64,000 nt of DNA, from positions 197,098,001-197,162,000 of the forward strand of contig NC_042998.1 of NCBI RefSeq assembly GCF_006345805.1. The letters are read 5' to 3'. Position 1 is the first letter of the stretch. Every line of letters starts with the position of its first letter. This DNA comes from Octopus sinensis (lineage: Eukaryota). Shown piece after piece: positions 12,307 through 25,445 of this stretch. The notes beneath the pieces were generated by a model, which saw nothing but the letters and a program-made list of their open reading frames with translations, did no database searches and had not been told where the DNA came from. A program made the translations under genes and the position numbers.

Positions 12307-13722
12307 TCATCACCACCATCTTCATCATCATTTAGCATCTGTTGTCCATGCTGGCATAGGTTGGATGGTTTTACCAGGGCTGGTAAGCTGAAGGGCTGCA
12401 CCAAACTCCAGTCTGATTTGGCGTGGTTTCTATGGCTAGATGCCCTTCCTAATGCCAACCACTCTGAGAGTGTAATGGGTGCTTTTTACATGCCACTAGC
12501 ACATGTGCTCGGTTTGCGTGACACCAGTCTCTGCCATGACTATGATTTCTCATGGCTTGATGGGTCTTCTTCTCAAGCATGACATAATGCCAAAGGTCTC
12601 AGTCATTTGTCATTGCCTTTGTGAGGCCCAACACTCGAAAGGTGCTTTTTATGTGCCACCGGCATGGGTGCCAGTTATGTGACACCACCATTGGCCACAT
12701 TGCCTCTGCGAGGCCCAATGCTTACAAGGTGTATTTTATGTGCCACCGGCATGGGTGCCAGTTATGTGACACTACCATTGGCCACATTGCCTCTGCGAGG
12801 CCCAATGCTTACAAGGTGTATTTTATGTGCCACCGGCATGGGTGCCAGTTATGTGACACCACCATTGGCCACATTGCCTCTGCGAGGCCCAATGCTTACA
12901 AGGTGTATTTTATGTGCCACCGGCATGGGTGCCAGTTATGTGACACCACCATTGGCCACATTGCCTCTGCGAGGCCCAATGCTTACAAGGTGTATTTTAT
13001 GTGCCACCGGCATGGGTGCCAGTTATGTGACACCACCATTGGCCACATTGCCTCTGCGAGGCCCAATGCTTACAAGGTGTATTTTATGTGCCACCGGCAT
13101 GGGTGCCAGTTATGTGACACCACCATTGGCCACATTGCCTCTGCGAGGCCAATGCTTACAAGGTGTATTTTATGTGCCACCGGCATGGGTGCCAGTTATG
13201 TGACACTACCATTGGCCACATTGCCTCTGCGAGGCCCAATGCTTACAAGGTGTATTTTATGTGCCACCGGCATGGGTGCCAGTTATGTGACACTACCATT
13301 GGCCACATTGCCTCTGCGAGGCCCAATGCTTACAAGGTGTATTTTATGTGCCACCGGCATGGGTGCCAGTTATGTGACACCACCATTGGCCACATTGCCT
13401 CTGCGAGGCCCAATGCTTACAAGGTGTATTTTATGTGCCACCGGCATGGGTGCCAGTTATGTGACACCACCATTGGCCACATTGCCTCTGCGAGGCCCAA
13501 TGCTTACAAGGTGTATTTTATGTGCCACCGGCATGGGTGCCAGTTATGTGACACCACCATTGGCCACATTGCCTCTGCGAGGCCCAATGCTTGCAAGGTG
13601 TATTTTATGTTCCACCGGCATGGGTGCCAGTTATGTGACACTGGCAACAGCCACAACTATGATTTCATTTGGCTTGCTGAGTTTTCTCAAGCACAACATA
13701 TCACCAAAAGTCTCAGTCACTA
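12307..13722 (-). mobile_element. Family R element carrying an internal 87-bp array
   Basis: Reverse RTE-type tail at 12330-12500; family head fragments at 12520-12620 and 13640-13722. Confidence 0.75.
12650..13640. repeat. Tandem array, ~11 x 87 bp
   Basis: gaggccc recurs at 12710, 12797, ...; one unit has a 1-bp deletion near 13148. Confidence 0.95.
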
Positions 13723-13848
13723 GTTAGCCAAAGGACTTGGTTACTAGTATCTTTGCACACACACACACACACACACACAAATGATGAGCAATATCTGTTT
13801 ACCAAATTTCATATAAAGGGATTTAGCTCAAACTAAATTACACACACA

Positions 13849-14945
13849 CAGTACTGTGCAAAAGTCTTCAGCCACTTTAAACTATTGTAAATTTCTACTA
13901 ATTGCCAACTTATAAGTGGATTTTTCGTATTGCTTTTTTTTACACATGAAATATTGGCCCTGTTGGAATCATTTCCGTACCTAATCATTATATTTTGAGG
14001 TAGGGGTTCTGAATGAGAGGGGAAGATATAAGATTACCATAAAAAATAATCATGCAAAAGTTTTCAGCCACTTCACGTAAACCAATCCAGATAGTGTTTT
14101 AAAGCAGAAAAATGTCTATAAAGAAAATTTATTACATAATGCTCACTCCAAGGAGTACTGTACATCATCATCATCATCATTGTTTAACGTCCGTTTTCCA
14201 TGCTAGCATGGGTTGGACGGTTTGACTGGGGTCTGGGAAGCAAGGAGGCTGCACCAGGCTCCAATCTGATCTGGCAGTGTTTCTACAGCTGGATGCCCTT
14301 CCTAATGCCAACCACTCCGTGAGTGTAGTGGCTGCTTTTTATGTGCCACCAGCACAGGTGCCAGGCAAGGCTGGCAACAGCCACGATTGGTTGGTGCTTT
14401 TTACGTGTCACCAGCACGGAAGCCAGTCAAGGCAGTGCTGGCAACGGCCACATTCGGATGGCGCTTTTTACGTGCCACTGGCACAGGGATCATTATTTTT
14501 CTGTGTGGCTTTCCTTAGCTTAAATAATTGCTGCAATGCACCTGAGAAGAGATGCATACAAATCTTTTACCATCTTCACAGGTATGAGATGCCATTCTCT
14601 GTGGCTGAACACACACAACTCATCAAGATCGCATGGATTCTTCTGACGAACTCTTCTCGTTAGCTCTGTCCACATTTGCTTGATGATATTTAAGCCAGGG
14701 ATCTGAGCTGGTTAGTCTTTCAATACAGTAACACCTTCATCAGCCAGCCTCTGTTGTGTTGCATGCAACAGAATTTGACAGAAGGCCCCCAGAAAAGTGA
14801 AATGACTCACATTACACAATGAAAACAGTGAAGTTTGGGGGTAAGAATCTGATGCTTTGGGGATACATAAAAAGTGATGGTTCAAGAAAGTTGGTTAAAA
14901 TTGATAGTAACTTGAATAGTGCCAAATACATCCAGTTGCTGATAT
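13849..14945 (+). mobile_element. Tc1/mariner remnant, interrupted by a family R SINE
   Basis: TIR-like cagtactgtgcaaaagt at 13849, inner repeat at ~14051, DDE-region fragment TVKFGGKNLMLWGYIKSDGSRKLVKIDSNLNSAKYIQLL at ~14815-14940. Confidence 0.75.
14163..14490 (-). mobile_element. Family R SINE
   Basis: (CAT)n plus reverse RTE-type tail. Confidence 0.85.
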
Positions 14946-15034
14946 TTATAGTTTATTGTTATTGATGATGTTATGTATATTAATTGATAGTTTAAACATT
15001 TTCAAATACTGCCTCTATTATATTCCAATCACAG

Positions 15035-15151
15035 CTCTTTTGGAAGGCGATCATGAAGATATGAGTAACAAGCTGTACAGTTTCCACAATGGATTGGTTT
15101 ACTTGAAGCAGGTTGACTGTCCTTCTCGGACGCATGCTGTGGCCCCGGATG
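15035..15151 (+). CDS. Exon 3 (LLEGDHEDMSNKLYSFHNGLVYLKQVDCPSRTHAVAPD)
   Basis: Acceptor tattccaatcacAG, donor GTGAGA, 117 nt, phase 1 to 1; inside ORF 14956-15258. Confidence 0.8.
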
Positions 15152-15324
15152 GTGAGAGGATTTTCAGATACTTTGTTGTTTATCTAAGCTCATTATCTCC
15201 CCCAAAAAAAGAATGTTCCATAGTTTATTTCAGTTTGTATAAATATAGATTTAATTAATTAATTAATGGTACATTAAACTGATTTAGTTAATTAATGGTG
15301 CATTACATAGCATATACTGGATCA

Positions 15325-16485
15325 AAAGGTGGCAAGCTGGCAGAAACGTTAGCACGTCGGACGAAATGCTTAGCGGTATTTCGTCTGCCGCTACGTTCTG
15401 AGTTCAAATTCCGCTGAGGTCGACTTTGCCTTTCATCCATTTGGGGTTGATTAAATAAGTACCAGTTACGCACTGGAGTTGATATAATCGAATTAATCCG
15501 TTTGTCTGTCCTTGTTTGTCCTCTCTGTGTTTAGCCCCTTGTGGGTAGTAAAGAAATAGGTATTTCGTCTGTCTTTATATTCTGAGTTCAAATTCCGCCG
15601 AGGTTGACTTTGCCTTTCATCCTTTCAGGGTCGATTAAATAAGTACCAGTTACCCACTGGGGTCGATATAATCGACTTAATCCCTTTGTCTGTCCTTGTT
15701 TGTCCCCTCTGTGTTTAGCCCCTTGTGGGTAGTAAAGAAATAGGTATTTCGTCTGTCTTTATATTCTGAGTTCAAATTCCGCCGAGGTCGACTTTGCCTT
15801 TCATCCTTTCGGGGTCGATAAATTAAGTAGCAGTTACGCACTGGAGTCGATGTAATCGACTTAATCCATTTGTCTGTCCTTGTTTGTCCCCTCTGTGTTT
15901 AACCCCTTGTGGGTAGTAAAGAAATAGGTATTTCGTCTGCCGCTACGTTCTGAGTTCAAATTCCGCTGAGGTCGACTTTGCCTTTCATCCTTTCGGGGTC
16001 GATTAAATAAGTACTAGTTACGCACTGGGGTCGATGTAATCGACTTAATCCGTTTGTCTGTCCTTGTTTGTCCCCTCTGTGTTTAGCCCCTTGTGGTAGT
16101 AAGAAGAAGTAAGAAATAGGTATTTCGTCTGCCGCTACGTTCTGAGTTCAAATTCCGCTGAGGTCGACTTTGCCTTTCATCCTTTCGGGGTCGATTAAAT
16201 AAGTACCAGTTACACACTGGGGTCGATATAATCGACTTAATCCATTTGTCTGTCCTTGTTTGTCCTCTCTGTGTTTAGCCCCTTGTGGGTAGTAAAGAAA
16301 TAGGTATTTCGTCTGTCTTTATATTCTGAGTTCAAATTCCGCTGAGGTCGACTTTGCCTTTCATCCTTTCAGGGTCGATTAAATAAGTACCAGTTACGCA
16401 CTGGGGTCGATATAATCGACTTAATCTGTTTGTCTGTCCTTGTTTGTCCCCTCTGTGTTTAGCCCTTTGTGGGTTGTAAACAAAT
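15325..16485 (+). repeat. Family M SINE concatemer: one headed copy plus five ~184-bp headless copies
   Basis: Unit starts at 15560, 15744, 15928, 16120, 16304; bounded by 13-bp TSD atatactggatca (15312-15324, 16486-16498). Confidence 0.9.
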
Positions 16486-16697
16486 ATATACTGGATCATC
16501 TGAAACAAATGCTTTTTAATAACACAAAACAATTTTAGCCTGATTACGACTTCTAAGCAAATGTTAAAAAACATATAACTGTTACATTTGTTCTGTATTA
16601 TTGTTTGTCTTACTCCATCAGTCTATTTGCCTCTTTCTTTCATTCACATTGTATGTCTGTCTGTTCTTCTCTTGTGTGTCGAACATAGAAACGCACA

Positions 16698-16869
16698 GGC
16701 GTAGGAGTGGCTGTGTGGTAAGTAGCTTGCTAACCAACCACATGGTTCCGGGTTCAGTCCCACTGCGTGGCACCTTGGGCAAGTGTCTTCTGCTATAGCC
16801 CCGGGGCCGACCAATGCCTTGTGAGTGGATTTGGTAGATGGAAACTGAAAGAAGTGTCGTATATATGTA
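16698..16869 (+). mobile_element. Family O SINE, 5' half (3' half at 25446-25652)
   Basis: Head through gtcgtatatatgta, then an abrupt switch to satellite. Confidence 0.85.
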
Positions 16870-19800
16870 CTTAAAAAACGCAGCCCCAAACTTCTGCTCT
16901 TTCATCCATTCATTCATCTAGCAGATAAGTTGAATGCTTATTTATTTATTTATTTTCACTTCCCCATCAATCACACATGCTTTCTTATCTATCTAACTAT
17001 TTTTAACTAATTTCTATATCTATCTAATTATTTTAACTAATTATCCATTACCCATCTCGCCTCCCGTGTATTCATCAACCATCGTGTATTCGCGCCTTCT
17101 TCTCCGGACAATCTTTACTTAAAAAACGCAGCCCCAAACTTCTGCTCTTTCATCCATTCATTCATCTAGCAGATAAGTTGAATGCTTATTTATTTATTTA
17201 TTTTCACTTCCCCATCAATCACACATGCTTTCTTATCTATCTAACTATTTTTAACTAATTTCTATATCTATCTAATTATTTTAACTAATTTATCCATTAC
17301 CCATCTCGCCTCCCGTGTATTCATCAACCATCGTGTATTCGCGCCTTCTTCCTCCGGACAATCTTTACTTAAAAAATGCAGCCCCAAACTTCTGCTCTTT
17401 CATCCATTCATTCATCTAGCAGATAAGTTGAATGCTTATTTATTTATTTATTTTCACTTCCCCATCAATCACACATGCTTTCTTATCTATCTAACTATTT
17501 TTAACTAATTTCTATATCTATCTAATTATTTTAACTAATTTATCCATTACCCATCTCGCCTCCCGTGTATTCATCAACCATCGTGTATTCGCGCCTTCTT
17601 CTCCGGACAATCTTTACTTAAAAAACGCAGCCCCAAACTTCTGCTCTTTCATCCATTCATTCATCTAGCAGATAAGTTGAATGCTTATTTATTTATTGAT
17701 TTTCACTTCCCCATCAATCACACATGCTTTCTTATCTATCTAACTATTTTTAACTAATTTCTATATCTATCTAATTATTTTAACTAATTTATCCATTACC
17801 CATCTCGCCTCCCGTGTATTCATCAACCATCGTGTATTCGCGCCTTCTTCCTCCGGACAATCTTTACTTAAAAAATGCAGCCCCAAACTTCTGCTCTTTC
17901 ATCCATTCATTCATCTAGCAGATAAGTTGAATGCTTATTTATTTATTTATTTTCACTTCCCCATCAATCACACATGCTTTCTTATCTATCTAACTATTTT
18001 TAACTAATTTCTATATCTATCTAATTATTTTAACTAATTTATCCATTACCCATCTCGCCTCTCGTGTATTCGCGCCTTCTTCCTCCGGACAATCTTTACT
18101 TAAAAAACGCAGCCCCAAACTTCTGCTCTTTCATCCATTCATTCATCTAGCAGATAAGTTGAATGCTTATTTATTTATTTATTTTCACTTCCCCATCAAT
18201 CACACATGCTTTCTTATCTATCTAACTATTTTAAACTAATTTCTATATCTATCTAATTATTTTAACTAATTTATCCATTACCCATCTCGCCTCCCGTGTA
18301 TTCATCAACCATCGTGTATTCGCGCCTTCTTTCTCTGGACAATCTTTACTTAAAAAATGCAGCCCCAAACTTCTGCTCTTTCATCCATTCATTCATCTAG
18401 CAGATAAGTTGAATGCTTATTTATTTATTTATTTTCACTTCCCCATCAATCACACATGCTTTCTTATCTATCTAACTATTTTTAACTAATTTCTATATCT
18501 ATCTAATTATTTTAACTAATTTATCCATTACCCATCTCGCCTCTCTGTATTCGCGCCTTCTTCCTCGGACAATCTTTACTTAAAAAATGCAGCCCAAACT
18601 TCTGCTCTTTCATCCATTCATTCATCTAGCAGATAAGTTGAATGCTTATTTATTTATTTATTTCACACTTCCCCATCAATCACACATGCTTTCTTATCTA
18701 TCTAACTATTTTAAACTAATTTCTATATCTATCTAATTATTTTAACTAATTTATCATCATTACCCATCTCGCCTCCCGTGTATTCATCAACCATCGTGTA
18801 TTCGCTTCCTTCTTTCTCTGGACAATCTTTACTTAAAAAATGCAGCCCCAAACTTCTGCTCTTCATCCATTCATTCATCTAGCAGATAAGTTGAATGCTT
18901 ATTTATTATTTATTGATTTTCACTTCCCCATCAATCACACATGCTTTCTTATCTATCTAACTATTTTTAACTAATTTCTATATCTATCTAATTATTTTAA
19001 CTAATTTATCCATTACCCATCTCGCCTCCCGTGTATTCATCAACCATCGTGTATTCGCGCCTTCTTTCTCTGGACAATCTTTACTTAAAAAATGCAGCCC
19101 AAACTTCTGCTCTTTCATCCATTCATTCATCTAGCAGATAAGTTGAATGCTTATTTATTTATTTATTTTCACTTCCCATCAATCACACATGCTTTCTTAT
19201 CTATCTAACTATTTTTAACTAATTTCTATATCTATCTAATTATTTTAACTAATTTATCCATTACCCATCTCGCCTCCCGTGTATTCATCAACCATCGTGT
19301 ATTCGCGCCTTCTTTCTCTGGACAATCTTTACTTAAAAAATGCAGCCCCAAACTTCTGCTCTTTCATCCATTCATTCATCTAGCAGATAAGTTGAATGCT
19401 TATTTATTTATTGATTTTCACTTCCCACTCCCCATCAATCACACATGCTTTCTTATCTATCTAACTATTTTTAACTAATTTCTATATCTATCTACTAATT
19501 ATTTTAACTAATTTATCCATTACCCATCTCGCCTCCCGTGTATTCATCAACCATCGTGTATTCGCGCCTTCTTTCTCTCTTATCTCTTTACAATTTAAAA
19601 AATGCAGCCCCAAACTTCTGCTCTTTCATTCCATTCATTCATCATTCGCAGCATATAGATAAGTTAATGCTTATTTATTTATTTATTTATTTTCACTTCC
19701 CCATCAATCACACATGCTTTCTTATCTATCTAACTATTTTTAACTAATTTCTATATCTATCTAATTATTTTAACTAATTTATCCATTACCCATCTCGCCT

Positions 19801-22800
19801 CCCGTGTATTCATCAACCATCGTGTATTCGCGCCTTCTTTCTCTGGACAATCTTTACTTAAAAAATGCAGCCCCAAACTTCTCTCTTTCATCCATTCATT
19901 CATCTAGCAGATAAGTTGAATGCTTATTTATTTATTTATTTTCACTTCCCCATCAATCACACATGCTTTCTTATCTATCTAACTATTTTTAACTAATTCT
20001 ATATCTATCTAATTATTTTAACTAATTTATCCATTACCATCTCGCCTCCCGTGTATTCATCAACCATCGTGTATTCGCGCCTTCTTTCTCTGGACAATCT
20101 TTACTTAAAAAATGCAGCCCCAAACTTCTGCTCTTTCATCCATTCATTCATCTAGCAGATAAGTTGAATGCTTATTTATTTATTTATTTTCACTTCCCCA
20201 TCAATCACACATGCTTTCTTATCTATCTAACTATTTTTAACTAATTTCTATATCTATCTAATTATTTTAACTAATTTATCCATTACCCATCTCGCCTCCC
20301 GTGTATTCATCAACCATCGTGTATTCGCGCCTTCTTTCTCTGGACAATCTTTACTTAAAAAATGCAGCCCCAAACTTCTGCTCTTTCATCCATTCATTCA
20401 TCTAGCAGATAAGTTGAATGCTTATTTATTTATTTATTTTCACTTCCCCATCAATCACACATGCTTTCTTATCTATCTAACTATTTTTAACTAATTTCTA
20501 TATCTATCTAATTATTTTAACTAATTTATCCATTACCCATCTCGCCTCTCGTGTATTCGCGCCTTCTTCCTCCGGACAATCTTTACTTAAAAAATGCAGC
20601 CCCAAACTTCTGCTCTTTCATCCATTCATTCATCTAGCAGATAAGTTGAATGCTTATTTATTTATTTATTTTCACTTCCCCATCAATCACACATGCTTTC
20701 TTATCTATCTAACTATTTTTAACTAATTTCTATATCTATCTAATTATTTTAACTAATTTATCCATTACCCATCTCGCCTCCCGTGTATTCATCAACCATC
20801 GTGTATTCGCGCCTTCTTCCTCCGGACAATCTTTACTTAAAAAACGCAGCCCCAAACTTCTGCTCTTTCATCCATTCATTCATCTAGCAGATAAGTTGAA
20901 TGCTTATTTATTTATATTTCACTTCCCCATCAATCACACATGCTTTCTTATCTATCTAACTATTTTTAACTAATTTCTATATCTATCTAATTATTTTAAC
21001 TAATTTATCCATTACCCATCTCGCCTCGTGTATTCATCAACCATCGTGTATTCGCGCCTTCTTCTCCGGACAATCTTTACTTAAAAAATGCAGCCCCAAA
21101 CTTCTGCTCTTTCATCCATTCATTCATCTAGCAGATAAGTTGAATGCTTATTTATTTATTTATTTTCACTTCCCCATCAATCACACATGCTTTCTTATCT
21201 ATCTAACTATTTTTAACTAATTTCTATATCTATCTAATTATTTTAACTAATTTATCCATTACCCATCTCGCCTCCCGTGTATTCATCAACCATCGTGTAT
21301 TCGCGCCTTCTTTCTCTGGACAATCTTTACTTAAAAAATGCAGCCCCAAACTTCTGCTCTTTCATCCATTCATTCATCTAGCAGATAAGTTGAATGCTTA
21401 TTTATTTATTTATTTTCACTTCCCCATCAATCACACATGCTTTCTTATCTATCTAACTATTTTAAACTAATTTCTATATCTATCTAATTATTTAACTAAT
21501 TTATCCATTACCCATCTCGCCTCCCGTGTATTCATCAACCATCGTGTATTCGCGCCTTCTTCTCCGGACAATCTTTACTTAAAAAATGCAGCCCCAAACT
21601 TCTGCTCTTTCATCCATTCATTCATCTAGCAGATAAGTTGAATGCTTATTTATTTATTGATTTTCACTTCCCCATCAATCACACATGCTTTCTTATCTAT
21701 CTAACTATTTTTAACTAATTTCTATATCTATCTAATTATTTTAACTAATTTATCCATTACCATCTCGCCTCCCGTGTATTCATCAACCATCGTGTATTCG
21801 CGCCTCTTTCTCTGGACAATCTTTACTTAAAAAATGCAGCCCCAAACTTCTGCTCTTTCATCCATTCATTCATCTAGCAGATAAGTTGAATGCTTATTTA
21901 TTTATTTATTTTCACTTCCCCATCAATCACACATGCTTTCTTATCTATAAACTATTTTTAACTAATTTCTATATCTATCTAATTATTTTAACTAATTTAT
22001 CCATTACCCATCTCGCCTCCCGTGTATTCATCAACCATCGTGTATTCGCGCCTTCTTTCTCTGGACAATCTTTACTAAAAAATGCAGCCCCAAACTTCTG
22101 CTCTTTCATCCATTCATTCATCTAGCAGATAAGTTGAATGCTTATTTATTTATTATTTTCACTTCCCCATCAATCACACATGCTTCTTATCTATCTAACT
22201 ATTTTAACTAATTTCTATATCTATCTAATTATTTTAACTAATTTATCCATTACCCATCTCGCCTCTCGTGTATTCGCGCCTTCTTCCTCCGGACAATCTT
22301 TACTTAAAAAATGCAGCCCCAAACTTCTGCTCTTTCATCCATTCATTCATCTAGCAGATAAGTTGAATGCTTATTTATTTATTTATTTTCACTTCCCCAT
22401 CAATCACACATGCTTTCTTATCTATCTAACTATTTTTAACTAATTTCTATATCTATCTAATTATTTTAACTAATTTATCCATTACCCATCTCGCCTCTCG
22501 TGTATTCGCGCCTTCTTCCTCCGGACAATCTTTACTTAAAAAACGCAGCCCCAAACTTCTGCTCTTTCATCCATTCATTCATCTAGCAGATAAGTTGAAT
22601 GCTTATTTATTTATTTATTTTCACTTCCCCATCAATCACACATGCTTTCTTATCTATCTAACTATTTTTAACTAATTTCTATATCTATCTAATTATTTTA
22701 ACTAATTATCCATTACCCATCTCGCCTCCGTGTATTCATCAACATCGTGTATTCGCGCCTTCTTCCTCCGGACAATCTTTACTAAAAAATGCAGCCCCAA

Positions 22801-24950
22801 ACTTCTGCTCTTTCATCCATTCATTCATCTAGCAGATAAGTTGAATGCTTATTTATTTATTTATTTTCACTTCCCCATCAATCACACATGCTTTCTTATC
22901 TATCTAACTATTTTTAACTAATTTCTATATCTATCTAATTATTTTAACTAATTTATCCATTACCCATCTCGCCTCTCGTGTATTCATCAACCATCGTGTA
23001 TTCGCGCCTTCTTCTCCGGACAATCTTTACTTAAAAAATGCAGCCCCAAACTTCTGCTCTTTCATCCATTCATTCATCTAGCAGATAAGTTGAATGCTTA
23101 TTTATTTATATTTCACTTCCCCATCAATCACACATGCTTTCTTATCTATCTAACTATTTTTAACTAATTTCTATATCTATCTAATTATTTTAACTAATTT
23201 ATCCATTACCCATCTCGCCTCCGTGTATTCATCAACCATCGTGTATTCGCGCCTTCTTTCTCGGACAATCTTTACTTAAAAAATGCAGCCCCAAACTTCT
23301 GCTCTTTCATCCATTCATTCATCTAGCAGATAAGTTGAATGCTTATTTATTTATTTATTTTCACTTCCCCATCAATCACACATGCTTCTTATCTATCTAA
23401 CTATTTTTAACTAATTTCTATATCTATCTAATTATTTTAACTAATTTATCCATTACCCATCTCGCCTCCCGTGTATTCATCAACCATCGTGTATTCGCGC
23501 CTCTTTCTCTGGACAATCTTTACTTAAAAAATGCAGCCCCAAACTTCTGCTCTTTCATCCATTCATTCATCTAGCAGATAAGTTGAATGCTTATTTATTT
23601 ATATTTTCACTTCCCCATCAATCACACATGCTTTCTTATCTATCTAACTATTTTTAACTAATTTCTATATCTATCTAATTATTTTAACTAATTTATCCAT
23701 TACCCATCTCGCCTCTCGTGTATTCGCGCCTTCTTCCTCCGGACAATCTTTACTTAAAAAAGCAGCCCCAAACTTCTGCTCTTTCATCCATTCATTCATC
23801 TAGCAGATAAGTTGAATGCTTATTTATTTATTTATTTTCACTTCCCCATCAATCACACATGCTTTCTTATCTATCTAACTATTTTTAACTAATTCTATAT
23901 CTATCTAATTATTTAACTAATTTATCCATTACCCATCTCGCCTCTCGTGTATTCGCGCCTTCTTCTCCGGACAATCTTTACTTAAAAAACGCAGCCCCAA
24001 ACTTCTGCTCTTTCATCCATCATTCATCTAGCAGATAAGTTGAATGCTTATTTATTTATTTATTTTCACTTCCCCATCAATCACACATGCTTTCTTATCT
24101 ATCTAACTATTTTTAACTAATTTCTATATCTATCTAATTATTTTAACTAATTATCCATTACCCATCTCGCCTCCGTGTATTCATCAACCATCGTGTATTC
24201 GCGCCTTCTTCCTCCGGACAATCTTTACTTAAAAAATGCAGCCCCAAACTTCTGCTCTTTCATCCATTCATTCATCTAGCAGATAAGTTGAATGCTTATT
24301 TATTTATTTATTTTCACTTCCCCATCAATCACACATGCTTTCTTATCTATCTAACTATTTTTAACTAATTTCTATATCTATCTAATTATTTTAACTAATT
24401 TATCCATTACCCATCTCGCCTCTCGTGTATTCATCAACCATCGTGTATTCGCGCCTTCTTTCTCTGGACAATCTTCACTTAAAAAATGCAGCCCCAAACT
24501 TCTGCTCTTTCATCCATTCATTCATCTAGCAGATAAGTTGAATGCTTATTTATTTATTTATTTTCACTTCCCCATCAATCACACATGCTTTCTTATCTAT
24601 CTAACTATTTTTAACTAATTTCTATATCTATCTAATTATTTTAACTAATTTATCCATTACCCATCTCGCCTCCCGTGTATTCATCACCACGTGTATTCGC
24701 GCCTTCTTCTCTGGACAATCTTTACTTAAAAAATGCAGCCCCAAACTTCTGCTCTTTCATCCATTCATTCATCTAGCAGATAAGTTGAATGCTTATTTAT
24801 TTATTTATTTTCACTTCCCCATCAATCACACATGCTTTCTTATCTATCTAACTATTTTTAACTAATTTCTATATCTATCTAATTATTTTAACTAATTTAT
24901 CCATTACCCATCTCGCCTCTCGTGTATTCATCAACCATCGTGTATTCGCG
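16870..24950. repeat. Intronic satellite, ~33 monomers of ~249 bp (short variant ~231 bp)
   Basis: cttaaaaaa(c/t)gcagcccc recurs at 16870, 17118, 17368, 17617, 17867...; short variant lacks catcaaccatcgtgtatt. Confidence 0.95.
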
Positions 24951-25445
24951 GTGCACCCGCCCTACCCACCCCCACCACCAATACTGGATATCTCTATATT
25001 TTTGCTCCATCCATACCGGATGTCGCTTCTCCCACTACCATAATAGGTGTCTACTCTTCGAACCCCACTCTTCAATACGCTATTTCACCATGCATTACCC
25101 CTCTCTTGATATCCTACGTTCTACTTGCCTAGAACCTGTCATCATTTCTCTGAACCACCCCTCCCCACTGGTGCTCTCCTATATTTCTGCACCCCCCCCA
25201 CATAAAAAAAGCACCATCCGAACGTGGCCGATGCCAGACCCCTCTGGCACCTGTGCAGGTGGCACGTAAAAAACACCCACTACACTCGCGGAGTGGTTGG
25301 CGTTAGGAAGGGCATTCAGCTCTAGAAACTCTGCCAGACTAGACTGGAGCCTGGGGCAGTCCCTAGCTCCCCAGACCCCGGTTGAAACCGTCCAACCCGT
25401 GCTAGCGCGGAAAACGGACGTTAAACGATGATGATGATGATGATG
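24951..25445 (+). mobile_element. Family R element: pyrimidine-rich body plus RTE-type tail and (GAT)n
   Basis: Directly continuous with the last satellite monomer; standard tail at 25200-25445. Confidence 0.8.

Noticed and set aside
12621-13727. 368-aa Cys/His-rich ORF resembling a zinc-finger or metal-binding repeat protein
   Set aside because: It is the translation of an 87-bp tandem unit inside a family R element, has a frameshift mid-array, and lies in an intron.
16870-24950. Satellite as tandem hammerhead ribozymes (retrozyme) or a CRISPR-like array
   Set aside because: No CUGANGA/GAAA core is seen on either strand of the monomer, and there are no unique spacers.
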